Source of the DNA: Pelomyxa schiedti
Lineage: Eukaryota; Protista; Evosea
Direction: 5' to 3'
Length of the DNA stretch: 64,000 nucleotides
Assembly: GCA_020536535.1 (NCBI GenBank)
Contig: JAHLWZ010000306.1
Coordinates: forward strand, 1-64,000
Under the pieces are notes generated by a model. That model did no database searches. It saw only the letters and a list, made by a program, of their open reading frames with translations, and was not told where the DNA came from. Shown here piece by piece: positions 15,144 through 27,300 of the stretch (positions are counted from its first letter, which is position 1; each line of letters opens with the position of its first letter). The position numbers were made by a program, and so were the translations under genes.

Positions 15144-16674
15144 ATGCAGTCGACGGGGCATCGTGGTGGCTCGAGCCTTCGCGAATCTGGAGGATCCCAC
15201 GCAACCCCGTTTTCGAAACGTTGCGTCATTGCAATAGCGGTGGTCTGCGTGACGTCGATACTGGCAGTAACTTTTGGCATTCTCGCATTGATTCCAACTT
15301 CCTCCGAATCGAGCGCACGGCAAGCTGTTACGACGAAAGAGGTGTGCATCGAAACTCCGAAGCAGGCGAGCAATCGTAGTATGTCTGGAGTAATTGACAG
15401 ACTCAGCACAACTTACACAAAAGTAGGTTTGCTTCATGCCACATTCGTTCGTTGAATTAGTACGAAACGATTTATAAATTAAATAATGACTGTTGGCTTG
15501 ATTCGACGTGAAGGCACACTGTAAATCAAAGATGAAATCCCAACGTCAATTATTGCTGTGAAGATGGCAAACTAATGTACCTCATGTTAGTCTGGAAAGA
15601 GATACACGTCCCTTGAGGCGGCATTGAAGGAAACAAATGAGTACAATTCAGCAACAGTCTGTTTGCACCCTATCATATTCGTGGAGTAATTTCTCTATCA
15701 GGTGGGAAACAAGAACTACAGAGGTGGAACATTTCCAACAGATAAGAAAACGAGGCATTTTTACCTTCGCCACTATGCGACTCTGTTTGCTCCCTACGTG
15801 GATCGTGACATTACCATTCTCGAGATTGGAGTCAAGATGGGTGGAAGTGTGGCCCTCTGGCGTGAATTTTTCTCGCCACAATCGCACGTNNNNNNNNNNN
15901 NNNNNNNNNNNNNNNNNNNNNNNNNNNNNNNNNNNNNNNNNNNNNNNNNNNNNNNNNNNNNNNNNNNNNNNNNNNNNNNNNNNNNNNNNGCCACTATGCG
16001 ACTCTGTTTGCTCCCTACGTGGATCGTGACATTACCATTCTCGAGATTGGAGTCAAGATGGGTGGAAGTGTGGCCCTCTGGCGTGAATTTTTCTCGCCAC
16101 AATCGCACGTTTTCGGAATTGATATAAACCCACTTGTGCCTGTCTTCACGCAGGAACCTAATATCAAAGTATTTTTGCTCACCAAAAAAAACCAAGTACT
16201 GATAAATAGGTTTTAGTGATGGATTCACGAGACTCCACATTGGTAGACCAAATATTTTCATTACGGAAATTCGATATAATTGTGTGCCATGTGCCGTTGT
16301 ACAAATGAAAATACCTACGTCGTTTTTATTGCACAGATTGATGATGGTAACCACACAGAGGAAGCTATTTTTCTTACATTTAAGTCTCTTTGGCAACACA
16401 CGGAACCCACTGGCGTCTATGTTCTTGAAGGTTGTTGGTACCTCCCTGATATCCTAAATGAGTCTAATCTACTTCAACAACAGATGTTGATGCCAGACCT
16501 CTGAGAGTGATAGCTCTAATGCAGAGTAACGGATGGGAGCACTGTTGGATTCAAGATACAGTCAACGCAGCACACAAAATGGAATACCTCGTAATAGGCT
16601 ACCCACCCTTAAGCCTTGCTCCCCGCATTGGGGAATGTATGGTCCCTTACTGGAATGAAACCAGCACGCTGTGA
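15144..16674 (+). CDS. Class I SAM-dependent methyltransferase (MycE/Methyltransf_24-like) with N-terminal membrane anchor; spans a gap
   Basis: TM segment CVIAIAVVCVTSILAVTFGILALI; TDKKTRHFYLRHY, ILEIGVKMGGSVALWREFF, FGIDIN, IDDGNH, GVYVLED. Confidence 0.8.
15890..15989. other. Scaffold gap with duplicated flanks (15769-15889 = 15990-16110)
   Basis: 100 N with an identical ~120-bp overlap on both sides. Confidence 0.95.
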
Positions 16675-16802
16675 TAACCATATCACAGTAAAAAGAAAAA
16701 AGGTGCACCAAAGTTTACACCCAAGCCTAGCCTTACAAAAAAAAAGGAAAAGTGAAAGTATTTGCTTGAATTTTGATTTCAGGCAAAAAGGCTACATGCT
16801 AT

Positions 16803-19132
16803 TTAGTCCTCGAATATGGAGCCTCCTGAGAATTCACGAAGCAGAGAGTCTGCTGGTATGAAGGTTGGTTGAATTGGGAAGAAATAGCCAAGAATCTGCA
16901 GCAAACTGCGGGCGTCGTTGTACTCCTGGGACCACGGTTTGACCGTTCTCAGAAGCGGCATCACGAGTGGGTGAAGAACTGGGAGATTGTGTTGTGAGTC
17001 TCGATGCTGAGGCTACAATAATGGGAGGATGGCATACCGCATGTTTCATATGGAAGTGCTGTGTTGAATACAACGTCCGCGTGCTTCATGTAGGGCAGGA
17101 TATTCTTCTCTTCTGATTTTGATACAGGTCCCCATCGGGATAGAGTGGCTCGGGCAGAGTAGCCTGAAGTTTAGTCATTAAAGGCAAGGTTCACACGAAT
17201 ATGGAAAAAGCAGTTTTTCCATACCGCGGTGGTTGTAATCCCTGTTTATTCTCCTCACAAGGCGGTGCACGGAGTGGCTGGGGAAGTTGCACTCATCCAG
17301 GTTCACTTGACTGAGAGGAGCGAGGAATATTTTGTACTTGTTCTCTCGGGGAATGCGTGGTGTTAGTGCATCATTTGTGCACAGAATTCCTTCCATGACA
17401 ATGATACCATTGGCTGGGAGCTTGACTGTACTATGAGGAATTAGAGCCGTTATGAGCAAGATATAACACACATAAATTTATCCTCCTTGGGGAAGCCAGT
17501 GTGGAAATCAAATATTGGTGTATTCACTGTCTCCCCAGCCATGATTCGAGCCAGATGGTCATTGAGTACATCAACTCGCAGGGCCTGGAGGCGTTCAAAG
17601 TCGTAAACACCGTTTTCGTCAACACACTCCTTTCTTGGTTTATAGTAGTTGTCGATTGACAATGTTACAGGTTGGAAACCGAGGATGCGCAATTGAGTGG
17701 TGAGTTTTGCAGCAAACGTAGTCTACAGTAAGGTTAAGAAAGATATTACGGAGGAAAGGGCACAACTTTTCCAGAAGCCGACGGGCCAGCAATGAGAACA
17801 AGCCGCAGTGTTGAACGAATTCTGTGTATGTTTTGTGCAATTTCAACAATTTTTTGATTGTGCAGAGCTTCACTCATAAGTACGAGGTCACGTGAGCCAT
17901 TCTCAATGATTTTTTTATTCAAGTCGCCAACACATTCAGCTCCTAGCAACTTCACCCATGCTGTGTAGTCCTTGCAGACTTTACTGGTTATTGGGTCTTC
18001 CATTGGGTCTGAAATAACTTCAGCACCTCCCGCTGCTGGTGGAAACAATAGTACAAATGCACTCCGATCTGGTAGTGCACGACATGTCCATCCAGTCAAC
18101 ACTCCAGTGGAGGCACACAGAGAACGGATAAAAGGAGCAAAATGACCAGCACATTGGAAGAGGCGGACGTGATCAGAGTTGGTTGCTTCTATAAGTGCAC
18201 GCGAGTAGGGCTTGTTCATCTTCTCGAAGTACTGAACCGCATCTCTGTAGCCCAGAGTAACCTCTGTGATTGGCAAATTTCTTGAAATAACGTTGTTGAG
18301 CCTTGCAGTCAGACGAGAGATGAACTCGTCTGTAACTTGCGTATCTCCACGGTTAAGGGAGATCACGTACCCAGCGTGAGATTCCACACTTATTGGGCGT
18401 TCAGCAATGAGCTATAGCAAATTGAAGAGTTAGTTATCTGGACTAATAAAGTAATACCAATTAATTGGTAATTATAATATAAGTAGTATAGAATGAACAA
18501 GCACCAGAGGGTCTTTGCCGAATTCCTCATTTGCGGCAACGATCATAGCAAAGCAGAGGGACCTACGATAGATAGACCTGCCTTCAGGCGACGAAGCAAA
18601 AACCGGAGCAACTTCAGCACTGTGCACCTTGAGTACAGAGTGCAAACTAGCAACCTTTCAAAGACCAAAATGTAAGCATCTCAAAAACCACCAAAAACTA
18701 AAAACCAAAAAAAAAAAAAAANNNNNNNNNNNNNNNNNNNNNNNNNNNNNNNNNNNNNNNNNNNNNNNNNNNNNNNNNNNNNNNNNNNNNNNNNNNNNNN
18801 NNNNNNNNNNNNNNNNNNNNNAACCGGAGCAACTTCAGCACTGTGCACCTTGAGTACAGAGTGCAAACTAGCAACCTTTCAAAGACCAAAATGTAAGCAT
18901 CTCAAAAACCACCAAAAACTAAAAACCAAAAAAAAAAAAAAAGTTGGTGGCACACAAATCCGTTGACCAGACAGCACATCAACGCGCCCGATTCTGCGGT
19001 GACAGCGAACTCAGGCTCCGTCGCCAGGCACGAGAGAGCGAGCCCCGACGGGAACGAAGCTGTCCTGCCCCCGGGAAACGAAATCATAGTGACGTCAGGA
19101 GTGGTGCCTGGTGTCCCTGTGCTTGCTGCCAT
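16803..19132 (-). CDS. Bacterial-type nucleoside (uridine) kinase with ThrRS N-terminal-like domain, multi-exon
   Basis: N-terminal TGS/ThrRS-like region (ISFPGG...CLVNG; AVQYFEKM); kinase LVLIAGPSASGK-TTFA, LSIDNYY, YDFERLQAL, IVMEGI, RLVRRINRDYNHRG, C-terminal IPADSLLREFSGGSIF. Confidence 0.85.
18722..18821. other. Scaffold gap with duplicated flanks (18601-18721 = 18822-18942)
   Basis: 100 N with identical overlap. Confidence 0.95.
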
Positions 19133-19404
19133 TTGTGCCTGTTGGTTGGAGTTTTTTTTTTTTGTTTGTTCAAACGTTCGTGCCTGCTTCACGTAAAATC
19201 ATCAAAGAGAAAAAGGCTGGAACTTCAACACTTGCACCTACCTCCTGAAACAATGAAGAACCAGTCATTGAACTTGCCGGTTGACACTCAGCAGGTGATG
19301 GGTGGATGTAGTTTGAAGGAGTCCAGGGAGTGTTCTATTGGGGGTGACGAGGTTGGGGATCTGTTGATTCAGGCCAATTTGGCAAAGTGAAAAGGAAAAA
19401 AAAA

Positions 19405-19807
19405 ATGTCATCATCAGCCGAGGACAGGGCGCGACAGACTACTCTGGACGAGCAACTAGCACGACAGCTGCAGGCGCAGGAGGCAACCGGCCTCGGCTCC
19501 GTCTTGTCCCACCCGCCGCCGTCCACCTCCTCACCGTCGTCGTCCAGGCTCCCGCGCGGCGGCGGCGGCTCCGGCCTCGGCGTGCCTGCGGCCTCGTTGT
19601 CGGGGTCACGTGTGGTCGACATCCCCGACGACGTCGAGGGCACGTACGTGATGATGCCGGGCATGAGCATCGGGTCTGGTTCTGACTCAGGATCCGGAAT
19701 GGGAATTGGGATGTCGCCCAGCGCTAGGGCGGTTCCCTATTCTGTCGGCGACCAGTACCCCAACTTAGTGGAGGAGGGCGCCGTGGATGCGCCACCGTCT
19801 AGTGTGA

Positions 19808-19838
<31 letters not shown>

Positions 19839-20554
19839 CTTTTCTCTATTTTGCTATTCCCACTCTGTCACTTTTTGTTTTGGTTTTTGCCAACCCCCCG
19901 TTAATTTTACTTACCGCGCCGCAAAAAGTGAGATTGTATATCTTTTTTTTTTTGTTTAATCTTTTGGATTTGTATAGTATGTGCCGGAAGTTCTGTCAGC
20001 ACATGCTGATCCTGTGCCTATGGCACTTGAGAAACACACATTTTCTATTCAGGTCATTGCAATTTCCACATTGGTATGAAACAAATACGCACAAAGAAAA
20101 AACCAAAAACTTACACCCTAAGAGTTATACTGGGGTTATGCTTGCTTGACCCGATCGAAGTTTTGGGTATTCTTACCAGCTTTCCTGTTTTGCCCCCTTG
20201 CCGTTTTTGGTGCAGCTAAGAAGAACCACTGGTTTTTGTTAACTGTGTGGTCCTTCTAAATTCTTCAATGCATAACCTACCACCCATTCAGTTCGTGTTG
20301 TATATGGGTATTGATACTGTCATGGAGATTGGATTCCTTCTAGTGGATTTCTTGGACCTACATTTACTGCCAACTTTTGCTAAAGTTATTGATGTTATTG
20401 TTATCATTTTTAAGGTATACAGTTACCCTCCCTTCTCCATATCTCACCCCACAAGTGCATAGCCACGTTCTATGTCTATTACTACTGGAAGCTTGTCAAA
20501 CAAACACTCTTTCTTGGACCTGTTTCAAGACTCCCTTCCACCGCATCACTGTGA
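19405..20554 (+). CDS. Hypothetical multi-pass membrane protein with N-terminal UIM-like motif
   Basis: DEQLARQLQAQE motif, low-complexity linker, then spliced hydrophobic exons (FVLYMGIDTVMEIGFLLVDFL, VIDVIVIIFK-CIATFYVYYYWKLVK). Confidence 0.6.
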
Positions 20555-20690
20555 AAAGAAAATGAATTCCAAAATAATATTTCTGTTATCAGTTGTTCGT
20601 TTGTGGAACGTTGTATTGATTAGGCACATGGGTCATGCTGCACCCAGCAAAATCCACACACCCTCAATTTCATTTGTAGGTTAAACCACT

Positions 20691-21401
20691 ATGCCGTACG
20701 CAATAACAAAAAACAAAGTGTGTACTGGGTGAGAATGGCGTCGGAAAATCGTCATTGGTTCAGAGGTGGCTAACAGGAAACTTTGTCCGAGTCGATGACT
20801 CAGTTGATGATTGCTATGTCGGCACTGCACTCAAACTATATTGGTGCTCTGACATCACCCAATTGTTGCTAGGACAAATTCATTTCAGTGGATGGTGTGG
20901 AGTCTGAAGTCAGAGTTTTTGATACAACAAAGCACATGGTCTACTACAAGCAACTAAGAGACCCTTCAATTTGGGTTCTTTTTGTTAATTTCGGTATTGT
21001 GCCTAATGTCAATATGTGTAGGCCAGTCAGGCATTCATTGTGATGTACAGCATCACTGATGAAAGGTCCTTCAATGAAATGCAGGATGACTTCTCTGACA
21101 TAATAAGAATCAAGGGGAGCAACAGTGCTGACATTCCTGTGATAATACTTGGTCACAAGGTGACACAAGCTTCTTCTTTTAGCACTGACACCAACCTCTT
21201 CAGAGTGACCTTGAATCTAGCAGAGTCATTGCAACTGATAGAGGCCAGAAACTTGCCTCAAAATGGGGAAAATATGGCACTTTCATGGAAGCCAGTGCTA
21301 AGGATAACATAAATGTAGATGAGGTCTTTACAAACTTACTGAGGTTACACCAGGCCAGCTCTGCAGCCTCAAAGACCCTAACATTAATGAAAAACCTATA
21401 A
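20691..21401 (+). CDS. Divergent Ras-family small GTPase
   Basis: KVCVLGENGVGKSSLVQRW, ISVDG..VRVFDT, FIVMYSITDERSF, PVIILGHK-SDL, FMEASAKDNINVDEVF; no CAAX box. Confidence 0.82.
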
Positions 21402-21575
21402 ATCCATTTTTTGTTTAATTCATGTCTTCTATTCCAGTCTCCCGGTAAATTCCTGTGAGACAGGTAGCTGTTGACCTTCAGAGAGAAAATGGCCATTAGC
21501 TGTTCCATCCCCAACAGTCCGTGCACTTGAGCCCTCAGTTTCCCCATCAGGACAGAATTGTGGGAGGTTAGCGGA

Positions 21576-22471
21576 ATGGACGTTGCAGCACGGAGCAAAG
21601 TCGAAGCGGCACTACGTGGGGCGTACCACAAAGTCAAGGCGAGCCTGGCCGGTTCCGTTGGCGGGTGGGCAAACTTGGTCGACAACCAGGGGGCGGCGGC
21701 GGCGCTGTCCGTGTGGTCGCGCTCCGTCTCCGAGTCGCGTGTCGCGCAGTTCAAAGTTGTGGGACAGGTGCCGTGCCTCACGCCCGCCGAGGTCGTGTCG
21801 AGGGTGCTCGTCGACGGCGAGCGCCGCGGCGAGTGGAACCCGCTGCACGACAACACCGTGGTTCTGGACACCTGGCGCGGCGCCCCGCCGTCCCAGGATT
21901 GTGGGACTGGGGCGGCAACCGCCGAGCAGCAGCAGGCAGATTACTCTGTGTTTGTTGAGAGGCACAAGCCTGCCCTTGGGGGGTTTGTTTCCCCCAGAGA
22001 CTTCTTCAAGGCCTCAGTCAAGTTCTACACCCACGGTGACACCTCATCATCTTCTACTAGTACTAGTACTAGTACTACAACGTCGGCTTCGACTGAGGGG
22101 GCAACAACTGGGCAGGAGGAGCACTGGTTCATCTATACCAGCCTGGACAGTGTGCTATCTGACAACATGCCGGCACAGGCCAAGCCAGCCAAATCCCACA
22201 CGAGGGCAATTGCTTTCCCATCGGGAACCGTGGGATTCCCCAGGGAAGGCGGGGGATCCCTACTTCACATGATTATTCACGCCGACCCATGCGGCTGGAT
22301 TCCATCCTGGGCAGTGAATCAGGTCCGTTGTTGTTTTTCCCAATCATTCTTGTTTTTATTTGTTTGCTTGCTTTCTACTACCGCTTTGTGCAACACTGAT
22401 CAGTGTTTTTGTAGGCTGTTTCTGGGGAGGTTACTAACTTTTTCAATGGTGTAATAAGTACTTTCTCTTAA
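21576..22471 (+). CDS. START-domain lipid-binding protein
   Basis: RRGEWNP, GFVSPRDF, HTRAIAFPSG, HADPCGWIPSWAVNQ. Confidence 0.85.
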
Positions 22472-22567
22472 GGCACAAGCCCGATAGTTTTTTTTTTGTT
22501 TTACCCAAAAAAAAACTGTAGTATCACATACATATGGTGGAGTTAGTAGTAATGAGCGTTCTCACTT

Positions 22568-23982
<1,415 letters not shown>

Positions 23983-24360
23983 TTGGTCTGTGTGGTTTTT
24001 TTTTTATTGAATGATGCTTGCACAGCCGGCGGAACTGTGTTGTCACCTCCTAAGATCGGATAGTACGTAATTCCGGGGAATTAGGCGAATGTATCTTGAT
24101 TGAATTGCCATAAGAGCCCAGAACCCCGAGGTTTTCTTGGTTTCTCAATCAGACCGAATGGTACCCCCAGGTGCCGCTCAGTCACTTAAGAACACCGGTA
24201 GCCATTCATACAGAGCAGAATAAGGAACTGAGGTGTGCTCCACGCAGGAAATCTTGATTTGGTGTCTCTTGGTGGACCAAAGATCAGACAACCAACAAGG
24301 AAAAAGAAAACACCCGAAACAACAAAAAAAACAAAACAAAAAAAAAAGCACGCTGAGCTT

Positions 24361-27300
24361 ATGGCGTCGTCGACATCCAAGTCGTCTGCGTCCATTGTGG
24401 TTGATAAATCTGCTGTTCAACATAATTAATTAATTATGCCACACTTCATGCCGTTGTGAATATGTGCCATCAATAATATCATATTTGTGAAAAAAAATAA
24501 CCACCCTTGTGGCTGGCCATGCACCAACGAGATCTTTATTATTACAGTCAAAGAAGAAAGTCAAGCCAGACGTAAACATCGTGGTATTTGGTAACGTAGA
24601 GGCAACGGCAAACTCGTTCGCTGCCAAGTGTGCTACAGGTTTTTCCCCTTTTTTCCCCCCCTTTCTCACCATCCACCACGTCTTTTATTACACAGAATTT
24701 CCTCTTCTTGTGGAGGGCAAATGCATTCAGTTAGGTCTTACTGTATCATGCGAGGTTTCAGGGAGTGGCCCTCCTGTGCGACCGCGTAGCAACAGCCTTA
24801 CTTTGGTGCCGGCATCATCTACTGCTTCTTCCAGTGCAGTGGGTTCTTCCCCACTTATCCAACCCACCCCATCACCTGCGGTTACACTGTTGAGAACATC
24901 GGCAACTTTCGTGGCCGCTGTTTCCCACTCTGAGTTCACTGTTGTGGTGATTAGTATATTGGATCCACAAGGATTCTCCCAACTACCAGGCCATATTCAT
25001 GGAATCATGTATGGCCCCCACGGGCACTCCATCAAATGCAAGCTGGCACTATGTGTGACTGATATTGATATGTTGGATGCTTGGGCTGCAGGTGATGTTG
25101 GTGCTGTTCGAGCTAGATGTTCTGCTGCTGGACTTGATGGCCCTCCTTTGGAAGAAAGTGTAGGGAACCCCAGCAATGAAACAGCTTCTCCCGAGAAGTG
25201 GGCCCCAGTCACTAAAGAGGAAGTGATATCTTTTATGAATAGTGAAGATGGTCAACAATGCTGTATGTTCCGAGCAATTCAAGCTATTGAGTCAGTGAGT
25301 GTAAATAAGTTCTTTCACGACCTTGTCAGCTACTGCTTCCTTAAAAAGAAAAAGTTATTTAAAGAGTTTTTCCCTGATGTCATTCACTTTCAACAGGCGG
25401 TCGTGGCAGAAGACCCTTCCACACCTTGATAAGAGCACTTTGACATCTTTCCCACCAAAATTTGGTGCACTTGTCAAGAAAAGAGGGTTTTCTCAAGAAT
25501 TGTATGATGTGGAGGACTCCTTAGTACATAAATGCTTGGAAATATCTATGCCACTTTCTGATATTCTTCTTTACTTTATTGGTAACTTAATTTTAATACC
25601 AATTCTGAATTTAACACCCAGAAACAGATCAGGATATTCTTCGTGATCCAAAATCCTTTATTACCTTGATGTCTCATTTCCCTCATGACCTACCTAAATG
25701 GAGGACTTTTTTATTGTCAACACATGCCTTTATCCTACCTGATTACGCAAAGACGGCCACTGAATTGGCCTTGAGTATGTGGTGTAATATCCCTTTTTAC
25801 CCTCATCTTTGAAGGAACGGCTCAGTTCAGTTCAGCAACCGACACTTCTATCACTATGACCTTCTTGATGCTTACAGCACCTCCCAGTTGGAAGATGTGT
25901 TCATTTATTTGTAATAATTATCTTCTAGAAATTATCCCCTGTACTTTGACTACACTGGATCTGTCCCATAATTTCTTGACAGAACTACCAGCAACTTTTT
26001 TCAAGGATCTCAGGACTCTTCAAATACTGAACCTATCTTGTTCTTACCTATCTAGTCAAATTAAATTACTAATCTTACTGAAGGGAATACCTTAGTGAGC
26101 CTTCCTGATTCCATAACTGCTGCATTTGAGCTTCGTAGTGTTAATGTCCAGCTCTCTGGTATTGATCCCTTCTCAAAAGTTTCAGGTAGAACACAATGAA
26201 CTTGATTTGCTACCTCAAATGTTTGGTGACTGCATGCAAATGGAATTATATTGTGGCTACAATAAGGTTCAATTCCAAACTTGAGGCTTGTTTGTAGCTG
26301 AAAAATCTTGTTGCTTGTTGAATCCCACAGCTGCGCTTTATCCCTCACTCCCTTATGGAGCATGTACGAGCAAACAAAGTGCGATATTTTCCAAATCCAT
26401 TGGGCGATATGCCTGCTTTTGAATCTAGCAGTGAACTGGCCACAATTTTGGAGGAAAAATGCCTGAAGGATTCCATGAGATGGCCAAAAGTAAAGTTGGT
26501 TCTTGTTGGGCCGGCAAGTGACCTTTTTTTTTTAAGTAATTCTCCTAACTTAAAATATCATAGGAGAATGTTGGAAAAACTACTCTACAAAAAAGATTTC
26601 AAAAGAAAGAGCATGACGGACTATCAACAGGTAAGAAAGGTCTTCCAAGGTGAAGATGTTAACTGCAACCCAGATGGAATTAGTATCCAAGAGTTGATAA
26701 TCAAAGATGTAATATTCAATTGCTGGGGTAATTATTTATCTTATTTTAATACTTTTTACCATTTCACTAGATTTTGGGGGACAGGTATTACTTCTCAGTT
26801 TCTCAGATTTTCTCACCTTTTCCTCATTTCTTTTTGTTGCCAGGCAGTTTTCCTTCCTACACACCAGGTCATACTTTTTTTTTTTTTGCTTTGGTGCACT
26901 AACTTCTTTTCAAAGTTCTTCCTAACTGGAAGAGCTCTGTATCTTGTACTTTTTGATACTGCCAATCCAAATTCTCACCGAATTGAGTACTGGTTGAGGT
27001 ACAAATCCTTCATTTTCTTATCCAGTAAACACACTTTGTGTAGACAAATTGGAAAAACAGTTAAAACCCCCCCTTATCCCCCGGTTATTCTTGTTGGTAC
27101 ACGAGCCGATAAGCTACCCTCATTGGAACGCGCACATGAACTGTGTAACTCGTTGCTCTCTCAGTTCAAGTGTGTTGCACAACCTGGTCAGATTATTGGG
27201 TGTATTCCTGTTTGCGCCAAGGATGGTGACCTTACTGAACTGGTTGACTGTATTACATACACAGTACATTCTAAACATTCCGTTCTGAAGGAGCGTGTAA

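Noticed and set aside
15769-16110. Apparent internal duplication in the methyltransferase
   Set aside because: Identical ~120-bp copies flank a 100-N gap, indicating an unmerged contig overlap.
18601-18942. Apparent duplication in the nucleoside kinase
   Set aside because: Same gap-overlap artifact, broken at a poly-A tract.
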